Shown here one piece after another: positions 11,026-23,500 of a stretch of 64,000 bases of DNA (the stretch's first letter is position 1; each line of letters begins with the position of its first letter). Source of the stretch: Nitrospirales bacterium (GTDB taxonomy: Bacteria; Nitrospirota; Nitrospiria; Nitrospirales; UBA8639); the NCBI GenBank assembly GCA_965203295.1, contig CBDBCZ010000016.1, positions 768,001 through 832,000 of the forward strand, written 5' to 3'. Both the position numbers and the translations under genes were made by a program. Under the pieces are notes generated by a model. That model ran no database searches and was not told where the DNA came from. It saw only the letters and a list, made by a program, of their open reading frames with translations.

Positions 11026-14000
11026 ATGGCGTCCTGTGTCGTTTGTTTACGATTGTTGGAGAAGACGAGCGACAGAAGGAGACTCCATAGTGTGTCGACA
11101 AAGAAAGTCCATAGTGTGTGGAAGGAGGTTGTGGCTGGAGTGTTTCCAAACGCCGTAGATGCCTTCCTCCCGGTAGACGCTTACCTCTGCAGACCCTGTA
11201 TGAGATTGGTCGAGAAGCTCACCAAGGTGAAGCAGGACGCGCGCTACCAGGAGCAGGAACTTATGGAGCGTATCAAGCGAGCTGGAGAAGCTCGTGGTCT
11301 GTCCACAACAGATGAGGCAGCAGCTTGTGTTGGACATGAGAGAGGTCAGTAGGCAGCCTGTCGCAATTTTTTGCCATGTTAGATGTATGGACCTCCTTTG
11401 TATTGTCCACTTCACATGCACTCCTGTAATTATAGGAGAGCTACCTAGTGCAAATCGGACTCCAGAAAAACGGTCTCATTCTCTCGCTGCCTTGGAGACT
11501 CCATCACCCAAGCGCAGGTGAAAAGCACATGACACGCCAACCAGAAAAGCTTTAAAATGCATGCATCCTGGAACCTCTCCAGCTGTTGCAGTAAGTACCA
11601 TGTTTCGACTCGTTAAAGTGTAGTACTAGTAGTTTTGTCTTGTTATATTTATTGTCACTGGAAATCTAATTATCATGGTACCGGTATACGTTATTGGTTG
11701 TGTGTGTAGAGTGGGATGTAGAGTGTTATCTTTAGGAGAAAAACAGTTTCAATCTGAATGGGAATGAGAGGAATTAAAGTCAGCTAGCTGGCATAAGCAT
11801 TACACATGTCAGAGTCATGCATTTCCCCTTCCAGGATGTAATGATACACACATTTGCACTTCACAGATTCTGGTGAAAGGAAAAACGGACTCCCGTGCAC
11901 ATCCTATTCCCAAGCATTCCGGTCTGAAGACACTGGCCAGGAGTGTAGGTCGCCTGAATCGTCCCTCCATTGCTCAACAAGCTATGCGTGATCCAAAAGT
12001 TCGGAAGGTGGTTTTGAACATCTTGGAGAAAGATGTGCAGAAGGAGATGACAAAAATGTCTGCCAAGAATACCAAGTCTTGTCTCCATCATAGAAGTCTG
12101 GAAGCTCTGGACAGCTTCTCCTGGGATCATCTCCATTCTGAGCTGCAATCAAAAGCTCCAACACTTCACCGTATTCTCCAAGGATGCGTCAATGTTAAGC
12201 GACGGCAACGAGTCAGTAAGAAAGGGAGAAGAGGGGAAAGTTCCATGCTCATATCGTCCGAGCAATTCTGCAGTTCTTGGTGTGTGTGCAGCACTGCATG
12301 TTGCTAAGACATCGAAATCACCACATGAACATAGTTCAGCGGATCATCTCGATCATCTTACACAGCGGACACACAGCGAAACAGGTTTGTCTAGTTGTCT
12401 GTGCTATGCCTCAGTAGATTATTGTTGTTTTTTTTTGGATAGGCGTACTGTCGACTTCAGAAGATGCTCTTGTGTCTGTCACACTCCCAAACTTTGGTCA
12501 CCCTTGATGAGCTTGGTGAAGGCCATGATGCAGAAGTTCGGAAATGGCAGGCCAATATAGCTAGCTCACTGACAAGCGAGGTTAGTGAAGCATAATGTAC
12601 CACATCCACAATGCATGCATGTACATTTAAATTATTGAGCTTCTCAATATTACAGTCCCTTGGTGACTTTGGCACAGGCAGCCTGGATGCTAGGGGAGAA
12701 AATGTGGCAGAGGTACATGTATAATATTTGTATAAATCTGTATGTTATACTTTGTAGTTATGAATCTTTGCGGATGGTCTATAACAATACGGCTATTGTT
12801 TCGTATGGTACAGTCTGGTGCAGGAGTGGTTGGCAGTTCTTTCCAACATGAAGCTGAGGCACTGCAGGAGCCTGTGACTGTTCCAGTAGTGCAAGAACTG
12901 TCCACTGATGCACCAACCAGTTCCAGTGAGGCTTCTTTACCGCCCACTTCCCCATGTGGTTCACCATCCACTGAGTCTGAAGACTCGCCAGCAAGTCCAG
13001 TGCCTTCAGAGCTCACTTTTAGTGAACTTTCCAGTCCAGATATTGATGCCTTCCTGGGTTCTGAGTATCATCCTGTAACCCCACACTTGCAGACGTATAG
13101 ACTTGTGGGGGACAACATTGATAAGAATGTGAAACCGAGAAACATGACGAGTGACCACCAGACTCGCTCCCTTCATTATTTTTCATACCTATGCAGTCCG
13201 GGACCGCACTGATCTCTCCAAGTTCAGTAGCGACCTTCCTGTACCAGATGTCAGTAAATTTAACTATCAGAAGCTCCTGCCATCGAATGATGACAAGAAA
13301 GTGCTATACGAGAGTGTGGCAATTCTGATTGGACGTTGCCTAAAGAAGAATATGCCTTTCTTTGCAAAATTCGGTGCGGGTCTTGAGAAGCACATCCTCC
13401 ATGAGTTCTCTGATCAGATGTCCGCAAAGTCAGAAGTGGTAAGGTTGCTGCTCTATATACATTTTATTTACCAAATAGTTTGGCCATATATAGCAAGTAC
13501 TTTTGAGTTGGCACCTAACCCAACCTGTCCCACGTTAATACTATGCCGTGTCATTGTATGCATGCAGGTTCCTGTAGGAATTACTTTGAAGGGTGAGCAG
13601 AAAAATGAAGATATGGTAGAAATCCTGGAAGATCTGCAAAAATATGTGCCAACAGTGTCCATGACTGAAAGTGTTGATGTGCCAGGAGAGTCAACACCTG
13701 TGCAGGTTCATGTGGACAAATTCCATCACTTGGAGATAGGTAAGCTATCAACATTTATAATGGAGGAGCAAGCTAGGGGCACTTGTAAATTTCCTGCCTT
13801 TGATGCACACTATACATTCTCAGGAGGAGATCAAATGACTGCTTCCCGGACCAGGAGTAGCCAAAGAATACGGAGCAATTCTCTAAGAGGGAAGGACAGA
13901 TTGGAGGGAATGGTACCAGTGGTGAAAGATTGGCACTAAAAAGTGTGCCTATTGGGGGTAAGTATTCTCCTTCCACGTCTTATGATAGCTGATGATGAGT

Positions 14001-14395
14001 GTTCATGCACACTATGTATTTTTTTGGAACGTATGTATGTGCAGGTCATTTGGAAACGACTGTACAAGTGCTCGTCAGGAATGGATGCAGGAACACGGTT
14101 CCAGCTACAGAAGCTGATAAATCGTCGCAATGTTGTCAAGGATCCGAGCAAGAGTGTCGCTCCATGTGAGGAATTTTTCCTTCTTGTCGTAGAGACGCAC
14201 ATCCTTGCAGCTACAATGCAGTTGTTTTGAATGTCATCTCTTGAGGATAAACCCAGTGCTGAGTTCTTCCCAGAAGGTAGTTCAGAGTTGGACACTTTGC
14301 AGAGGCGACAGGTTCTGATGGCGGGACTCAGGGAGTTGACAAGGAAGTTTGTTGTCCTAGACGTAACCCTCAAGGATCCAAAGCAGGCGAAGGCC
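11026..14395 (+). pseudogene. AcademH-A transposase, 5' part (multi-exon, with stops and frameshifts)
   Basis: N-terminal CxxC...CxxC (CVVC...CRPC), then LVGDNIDKNV, GGDQMT, DWH and LINRRNVVKDP (Academ/DUF6589-like). Cut at ...DPKQAKA by AcademH-B. Confidence 0.85.
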
Positions 14396-15653
14396 TAGCC
14401 TGGAACCCAGGCTCCGGGAAAAGGTTGAAAAGAGAGCCTGGTGTCCACTGTTTGCGCATGCGCGTAATTAGACCACGTGTATCGGGAGGCGTGTTCCAAA
14501 ATGACGAAATAAAATAAGTAGGCGTGTGCCGTTAACGTAAAGAAGCGACCACGTGGGTGTTTACTACGAATTTTGCAGATGGAAAAGTCGTCGCATGTGT
14601 GTCGCTTGTGCCAGTCTTTAGTTGCCTACAATCGTAGCGTAGCACTGTTCAGTCGAGGTAGCGTTCAACAACAGCTCTCGACAAGAATCGCTGATTTGTT
14701 GGACGTGAACGTGGACAGCAGTGACTGCTTGCCTCAGCACGTATGCTGGAAGTGCAAGCGGCGAGTTGAAGTGTTGGAGAATGCAGCGCAGGATCTCGTA
14801 GATTTCAGAAATCAAGCCAAGGCAGCGTATATCGCGCTTTTACCTTCTAAAGGGGCCGTGAAGCGTGTTAAAGAGAGCAGTGGCGACGTCGGCGTATCAC
14901 CGGATATTGCCAAGGCCAGACCTCCATCCATAAGGGCAACGATCCACTCCAAGCGCTTGCATTTTGGACAGAGCGATATACTCACAACTGTAAGTGCTAT
15001 TATATTACAATAAATACAACAGCATCTCCTATCCTTTGTTGGTATAGTAATAAATTGTCAATGTTCCACCGCAGCGTCACTCCTTGCGGAGCCACTTGAA
15101 TCACCATCGCCTCTCCTTTGTTGTCAGTTTCCACCCACACTCCTTACTGTGACGGAACCGTTGCCTCTGGGTAGGTGTAGATGAAAAGGTTTTACTAATG
15201 TACAAGGATCATACCACACACACACACACACAACAACAACGTAAAATAGCATTACCCATACAAAAAAAAACAGGTTGTCACAACCATGTGAACACGTAAC
15301 AAGGTTGTAACAACCTTGTTACAACCATGTAGATGTGCTACTACAACCTTGTATTTCAGTTACAAGGTTGGTACAACCTTGTGAGTTACTAGCACAACCT
15401 TGTATTTCAGTTACAAGGTTGGTACAACCTTGTGAGTTACTATCACAACCTTGTATCACACATTTACAAGATTGTCACAACCTTGTAAGTGACAACCTTG
15501 CAATGTCTTGTAAATTGACCGTGTACAGCGTACATTATTTAAATTTATTTTCGAAGTTGGCCACAATCCTCCATGCATACACCAAGGGATTACATACACG
15601 TCATTGTCTCTTTTCACAGTGTAGCAATACAAGACTATGTCGGATACTATACT

Positions 15654-18600
15654 TCACTCTACTTCAACTGTATTTGGCAAATGGCTAACAAAAACATACT
15701 CAATGTACTTTGCTATGTTGATATAGACACATTTGTCCAGGATTTCAGTGGCGGAGATAGCTACTTGATTTTCTGATCTAAAAAATAGAGAAGATATGAT
15801 ATTCATAATAGTAGAAACTGCTACATCGGAAAGTGTGGCCTCTAGCCATTTCATTTAGGAAAGAACATATCCCAATGGGTGGGGAGCTACATGAATGGGA
15901 GAGATGGAGGGGGGGGGGGGGGGCATCCCTAAAAATTTCTAATGAAATTCAGATTCTGCATAGACAGCCTATACATAAACTAACCGTGGTGGGAAGAAAG
16001 CAACAAAGTGTTTCTTAAAGTTGGCGTGTGTCAGTTGATCATCACAGACTTCCAGGGAAGCAGGCTCTAAGCGTTTCAAAAGTACAAAACACTTCACCGT
16101 AGCTGACTCCCAGAATGAAATAATCTTCTGTACAACACCATACTTATGTGCTTCCCCGGACTTATAAAGAAGACAGGAATTGTTACGCTTTGTTGATCTT
16201 GATCTCGTTTCAGCAACTAGCTCTCTATGATTTGGCAAAAGCAGTCTAGGATAGAGCAATACTTGAGTGGGTGGATTGCCTCCTGCCTGTAATAGAAGTG
16301 CTTTCTCTGAATCACACAATTCTGCATAGTGAGGGCTTCCTACCACAGATAAATGTTCGTCAATTTTCTGACTCTTTCTGCAAGGAAAGAAAATGTGTGA
16401 ATAAAAATGTGCAGCAGCTATATTCATGTGTACAGTGAGTATAGCGTACCTGCCATGTGTTCCTTTGGTAGTCATTTTGTGGTAAAAACCTTGCTGACTA
16501 CTGTTCGGTAGCAAAGTTGACTGAGCCAGACTGGGAAGCTGTTGCAGTGTGTTGATGTGTTCGACAATCTGCGACAGTAATTAAAGATGTATAAATTGAG
16601 GGATGCATGCACTGAATGTATCCAATGGCACATGTACAACTGTACCTGCTTCTCAACTGCATGGGATCCATGAAACAAGGTCAAAAGGTCTCCATTGGCA
16701 TCTTCATATGGGAAACACGAATGCGCCCAGAGGGGACCTAAGTGTCGTACCACTTCTGGTAAGTGAAGGAGGCTGTGGAGATTTGCTGTCATGTGCTGTT
16801 TTCCTAAAACAGGAATTTTTTTCCACAATAGGGAAGTCACATGTATTACAACACGCCGGCAATGTGTTGCTAAGGTAATGCACCTAGTAATAAGTGCCAA
16901 CTAGTTGCAAGCTTGATAGCAGATGGTAGATAATGTGCATTAATTAGAAATAGCTTACTAGAGCACCATGTGATTGCATGAACAGGGTTTCATACAGGAA
17001 GGAAAGTCCTGGGAAACCCCCCTCCCCCACCCCAAAGGCCAGGTTCCCCCCCCCCCCCCCCCCCACATAAATCTCTGCAACAGACTACAGTGATTGTGTT
17101 GTTTCGGAGATACCTACTCAGTAATTGATTAGTAGCTAATTTTTAGCCTTTTTAGGACCCCAAAAGCAACCTCAGAATTTCCTGTAGGGAAAGTCCCCCA
17201 GACCCCCTAGGAGGCATACCTCTATTTTCCCACCCCAACCAAAATCCTGTATGAAACCCTAATAAACATTCATACATTATTGATTGCTCTCATGACTCTG
17301 ATATGCTGAGGGATGGAACACCTACCATATAAAGGGGCAAACATAAAGCAGTAGTGTTGGAGGAGTCGTAAGCTTTGTTCAATGTCTCTGTCGTGCACTT
17401 CGTCTTGCAACAGTAGAAAGACTGCTTCCACAAGGAGCAAGTGGTGCTGATAATAGGCATCCGGAAGCACTCCATAAAGAACCACAGGAGAGTAATGCAG
17501 CAACCACGCCCGAAGTTCGTGTGCTACAGAAGTGTAGTTAAGTGCTTATGTCTATGCTAGTTATGCAATAGACATAATGTAAATATATATAAAGTCTCTT
17601 AAAAATGATAGCTGACCTTTCCAAAACTTCAATGTTGAAGCCATGCTTCGAGGTGTCCGCTGCATTTCATCTGGAGGTTGGATGCTGCAGAGGCGTGCAT
17701 CCAAATCAGGCACTCTAGTGCCAATATACCACAAGCTTTGGTGGTTTGAGGATTGCAGCCATAACCGTAGCAGGAGCCGGCACACGCCAAGGAGGACACA
17801 GTGCATATAGTCAACTGATGTGCCTTTGATGAGATCAAAGCAGGGCACCACTGACAGCCACGAAGGTCCTTTCACACCCTCGACCTATACAGAATAATAA
17901 AGAGTCTGGATATAGCAACTGCACTACTTATACATGTGTGCACATTAGTGGTAGTACGCCCATTGAGGGCTTCAAATTATCAAGGGGGGGGGGGCAAAAG
18001 TGGAATATGTTATTGACTTTGGGGGGACGATGTACAGTGAGGTGTGTTTTGCACACCTCATGCTAGGGGGTCCTGAGGGCATGCCCCCCCAGAAAAATGT
18101 TGAATTGTAGACCCTCTGAAATCACATCTGGTACATTTTCAAGTGGATTTACAGGACCTATGAATAGACAGCTGTGTTGTGTAATACATTGCATTAAATT
18201 TTGCATTAGCTAAACCATAAAAGTGGCAACCTGAGTTCCAAGGGGGGGGGCAAATGCCCCCCCCCCCCCTAAATGAAACCCTGCCATTACTCACATTGGT
18301 GTCTTTCTCCATTGCAATGCCGGCATCTTCACAACTCTTCTTGTGGCTTCTTGGTGGTCCACATGGATTGTCCTCAATATAAGGATAGGTATGTGTACTT
18401 TCAACCCTTGTCCCTGGTAAAGAAACAATGGTTAGTAAGCATATGACATACAATGTCAATCCAGAAATAATTATGTGTCAACTTACCTTTCTGCAAACAA
18501 CGACAGCATCCCCAATAGCCATTGAACTGAATAAAATTGAGAACAGCTGCTCTGGCTGGTAGATCTAGTGTAGTGCACAGTAAAGCAACACGGCACAGCA

Positions 18601-20359
18601 TAGTTTCACCTCTTTGAGACGACAGCATAACACCTATAAGTTATCAAAAAAGTCCATTTTCAAGCAAATGTGTACATAAACAACTGGGTTATACTATTTT
18701 ATTTTCGCTTGATTCCTTCCAATTTCACTGTGTGCAGTATCTACAGTTTCTTGCTGCATAGGTCACTTCGACTTAATTTTCTGTTCCTTGGGCTTATGTA
18801 ATCAAACACGTAGTTCAGTGGCAGTCCAAAACCTAAACAGTAAAACAGCTGAATGCATGCAATTTCTTGCAAAATCACCAAGTACAAGGATGTAAAGACT
18901 TCATAGAAGAACTGTTCATCTTAGCTATCTTTCAAATTTTTTCGCAAACAATGCAGCAGAAAGAACAGAATCATAATGCCCCTTTCTTGCCGACTGACCA
19001 ACCCTAGCATGGAAGAAATTGGCCTAAGTAACAGAACATCAAGTTGAGGTTGGCCCTATGGTAACAAAGACTTCATACAGGCATAATGGTGTGAGATATA
19101 CCTTCCGTATAGAGCCTCTTCAATGTCATAGCCACAGGTTTCAAAAAGAGACTCATGTCGGGCTTTGTGCAGCCATACCATATACCTGCAAATATACGGT
19201 TCTCCTTCATTATCCTACAGGTAGAAACAACGTATCTAATATTATGTCAATACATGTAGAAGGAATGTATACCGCTATTCATACCTCATCCTGTATGGCA
19301 GCTCATTGATACACAAATAGATAGGCCAAAAGGAAAACCCAGATGATCTAAATACAGGGATCCCATCTGTGTTGAACGTCACAGAAATGTTGTTTGGTGA
19401 TGAAAAGAATCCTAGAGACACCAGCCTCTGATACTCCGAACCATCACAGATGTCTCCTAAGCTTTCTTGCCTGCTTGTACGACTGTGAAAATGACGGTAA
19501 AGCGTCGTGCAGAATCCTTCACCTGTAGCACAAATAGCATAACTAATTGTGGTGAGGAAGTCATTACTCTGCAGTATGTTCACTTACGCTTGTAGAGAGT
19601 CTGAAGCTGAGGTTCAATAGGCACCTCGATGAAGGAAGACCGAGCTCCTTGTTCAGCAAGGTCGCTCCTGCACAATGAATTCGTGCAAACCGTTGAAGAC
19701 TGTGGCTCGTCTACCACTTGAAGGCAGCTACTACAAAAATAATGAAATTTCATGGAAGATGCAACGCTTTGAAACTGCTTTTTAAAGTGATAGATGGAGG
19801 GATGACAATTACTGCGTATAGGGCAGTGCAGTTTCAGCAGCTGAAGTAAATCGGCCAAACTTTCATAAGTTAACTTATGTCGCATTTTGTATTGCATAAT
19901 CAGTACATTGCTGGCTGATATCGTGAGTGGAGCTCCCTCATACAAAGGAAGGTCATTACTGCTGTAAGACGAGCAACCGGCATTGGTAATGAGCTCAGAT
20001 TGTTCACAATCATCTTCATCTTCCAATACACTCTGACATTCGTTTTCAAAACCAAGTACTTCCGCCTCAAGGAGTTGGGGCTGGTCACAGCTACTATTCT
20101 TGCTTTCACTGTGCATTGCAAGAGGTATCGAACGGTCAGAACCTAATGCATCACAGCCCTCAATCTCTTCTTCCACGTTACCAACAGTATCGTCGGTATC
20201 CTGTTCAAGCGATAGCACAGCACTCCCAGTCTCGGATTCCACTGCAGTGGACCGCTGTTCTCTAGCTCTTTTTCTGTTTCTATACTGTGTACTACGAGAT
20301 GCAGATCTACCTGGATCTGGAAAAGCGTACCGTTGATTGTACTGAGAACGCTCAGCCAT
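15654..20359 (-). CDS. EnSpm/CACTA transposase, about 11 exons, apparently open
   Basis: DICDGSEY...FNTDGIPVF...WPIYLCINELP (Transposase_21-like), LDLPARA...NGYWGCCRC, DYMHCVLLGV, ELRAWLL, NLHSLLHL...GPLWAHSCFPYE. GT-AG introns throughout; last exon ends LPNTVEVE*. Confidence 0.88.
16983..17261. mobile_element. hAT5-type MITE in a CACTA-1 transposase intron
   Basis: TIR CAGGGTTTCATACAGGA / TCCTGTATGAAACCCTA; 5-bp flanks ATGAA / ATAAA. Confidence 0.7.
17965..18283. mobile_element. hAT5-type MITE in a CACTA-1 transposase intron
   Basis: Ends GAGGGCTTCA / TGAAACCCTG; perfect 5-bp TSD CCATT (17960-17964 / 18284-18288). Confidence 0.75.
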
Positions 20360-20560
20360 GACAGCTAGATAAGACTGGAGTTCTTATTATTCGGTATTTC
20401 AAAATAACGGGCATGGGTACGCGCATGCGCACTAAAGAATTGTGTCACATGCAATAGGCGGGCTTTAAATTAGCTTTGTCATCGGTAGCTAGCTAGCTGC
20501 GTGCTGCGCCGAACAGTGTGCCTTCAATACCAGTTGCCAGTAACCGCAACCCTTTAAGCC
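20360..20560. promoter_or_regulatory. Probable bidirectional promoter of CACTA-1
   Basis: 201 bp between divergent ATGs (20359 minus, 20561 plus); GCGCATGCGC palindrome at 20421-20430. Confidence 0.55.
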
Positions 20561-23500
20561 ATGCCAAAGAGCTTTGTTCTCGTCCGGTGGGTGGAAGAGG
20601 AGAGCGTGGGAGTCATGCCTGCATCAGCAGTTGTCGCTCAGAACCCATCGGTTGGACAGAGCTATCCTGTCAAGTGGAAGGGGAAAACGTACGAGGGAGA
20701 AATCCTCAAAATTTCAGGTGAGTGTCGTGTGTCGTCTGCCTATATTATTTGAAGCTGCTACAGGACACGCAGTAGCCTATATGTAGCCAGGTCTCATAAA
20801 TTTTGAGGCCACGCAATCCAGTAGGATATTAGACTCCTGGAAGAGCCTGAAGGCATGGTCTACAGTCCCTAACCCTTTCCCTAACCCTATATAACCCTCA
20901 GACCATGGAGTCGGATATTGCCCTCATTTGCACGCGGAAATTACGTCATCTTGGGCGTCACCGTACGCGAATTGATTTACCTCGTGCATATTATTAGCGT
21001 CTGAGTAGAGCGTGCTTTGTTTGCTGCTAGTATTTAGCAGCCAAAACAGCTATTGATGACTCCCAGGTATGAAGGAGTATATCTGGTCTCCATATGGACG
21101 CAAAAGAAGCAAGTACATCGGATTTTTGAGCTGTTCTGAACCGGGAAGCGTAGATGGTAAGCTTTGAGTGTACTAGCAAGCCTTAGCGCGTTAGCTGGAA
21201 GCTTTCTGCGATGCTTATGTCCACAATTGTGAAGTAGAGTGGTTAGATGGATAGTGCATGCATCGAAGATGGCCACTGAAAGCCTTAGAACTCGATCCTG
21301 TACCGCTCTATGTACCGTGTATCGACGATCTGGCTGTTGCTCGTGCGTTAGTTGATCGAAATGACTTCTGGTGTTTAGGCTATGGATATCTACTTGTAAT
21401 TGCAAGCTGTTTCTGGCAATAGAAGGGTTGTCCCCTAAGGGAAGCGCTGCTATGCGTGCGGGTAACATTTGTGGCCTTCCGCGTGCGCTACGCGCGAAAA
21501 TTTATTAAATACAGGCCACTTATGTGGCGCCTTACGCATGCAATGAGTTAAGTGTACACCCCCCATGGATGAGATGATTTCTCGCTCCCCCTTGGACATA
21601 TATAATTTTTCTGCTAGATGCCCCTTGGACAGGTGATTTAACCCCCCTTGGACCACTAATTTGTTTCTTTTTCCCCCACCTAGGACAAAGTTAATCCCCC
21701 GTCATTGCCCCCCGGACGAATATTTAGCTTTATTTCTGACCCCCTAGGTCAAATTAAAATCTCCATCTGTCCCCCTGGACACGTAATTGACTTAGTTTCT
21801 GACCCCCTAGGACAAAGTAATTTGGTTGGTTTTGACCCCCTAGAACTATTTAAATCCATTGTATTAACCCCCTGGACACACTAATATTTGAGCACATTTT
21901 ACCCCCCAGACGTAATTAAAGGTCATTCGATGGGGGTTTATGTTTATTAAATGGAATAGCCCATTCTACGGTGTGGTCAGTTGATAATACCTTTGCTTTT
22001 TTTTTTCCAGATGATCGTCAGCAGCTAACCAAGGACTGTGATGCACTACTTAAATGTAGCTTAACCAGAGAAGACCTGATTCAAGAAGCCGAGTGTGAGG
22101 TGGGAACAACTACTCCACAAAGTACACCAAAGAAACGCAAAACCACTGAAAGTTGTCCCAAGAAAGTACCCCGGAAGAAGTGCAAACCCACTGGCCTAGA
22201 CAAGAGTAAGGCTGCACTGAAAAGTAAGCTTGATCAACAGGCGAGAGTGCAAGCTGCCAAAGAGCGAGCGAGGCAGATGTTTAGTTTAAGCCGCTGTGAT
22301 GAGTCAGAGTCAGAGTCTGAGTTTGAGTCAGAGTCTGAAGTTGGAACTGAGGACGATATTCATCATCAGCTGGAAGAGCAGCGGAAACTAATTCAAGAAC
22401 AGAAAGAAGTAATCCGAAAGTTGAAGTCTGCAGGTATGTACAGTATAGCCGAATACATATCCAGCGCCCATGGGCAGTGAACCTTAGGATACTGTTAAAG
22501 ATGGGGGTGGGTGCTTGATATGTATTCTTCAACATTTGGCATGTAGTATCCGCCCACCACCTAGACAGTATAGTGCTACTGTTTCGATGCAACGGGTAGT
22601 GTAGCATAGCATAGCGACTTATAACTGCCAGTTGGTATAAATGTGGTAAAAACCTCCCTCCCAGAATTCCCAGATGGCATTTGCTTGATCGTTTGTCGCT
22701 CTGCTATAGTCGATTTTCTGCACTGCTTCAACGATCGCTCAGTGAATGGTAGTTGCTCGGGACCTGGGAATGAGGCTAGTGAATAGCTAGCAGAGGTAGA
22801 CTTGGCCCCAGGACCAATCAGGCCTCCCACACTTCATTCAGTTGCACGGGATCTGGGAATGAGACTAGTGAATAGCTAGCAGAGATAAACTTGGCCCCAG
22901 GACTGTTCATGACAAGAGTATTCTGCATCTCTTTCATTCTCGGTTCAGTCTCGGTATAAATACATTCATTTTTGATTGCAGTTGAACTGCGAACTAATTG
23001 TTACTCTAGCTTTGTTCCGTTTGGCCATCCCACATACCAGAAATCAACATTATTGGGTTGAGCGGAATGCTGTATTGTTAATTGGCATACCATCTTTCAA
23101 TGGGGGGTGTGGCGGTTTGGGCACGAGACTGGCCATGTCTCCACTTTGCACATACAAATTGTTGGCCTACCCTTTTAAAAGCACACAACCACAAAACTAA
23201 CTCCAAGATGTATTATTACACATTGTAGGTACTTTATCGGTGACTAACAACAAGGTGACCAATTCCACTTTTGAATCACTGCAGAAAGTGGTAAGAATTG
23301 TGTATTTATACAGTCCCACCCACGAGCAACTTGTCGCTACACGCGTGTGCACCCGTGAGTGACTCGAAAGCAACTCGCGAGCGGTAGGTTCATTACTCAC
23401 GTGTGCGAGTGGTGCACTCGCGCAGTGCGAATCACATGCGTGTTCACTGGCATGCAGTGCGAGTCACTCGCTTGTGCATATGCGAGTCGCTCGTGTACGT

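Noticed and set aside
20865..20900. CCCTAA telomere-like repeats (also about 40116)
   Set aside because: Only 2-3 imperfect units; not a telomeric array.
21555..21962. CRISPR-like repeat-spacer appearance
   Set aside because: Repeats are only about 10 bp and degenerate, there are no cas genes, and the context is a eukaryotic intron.
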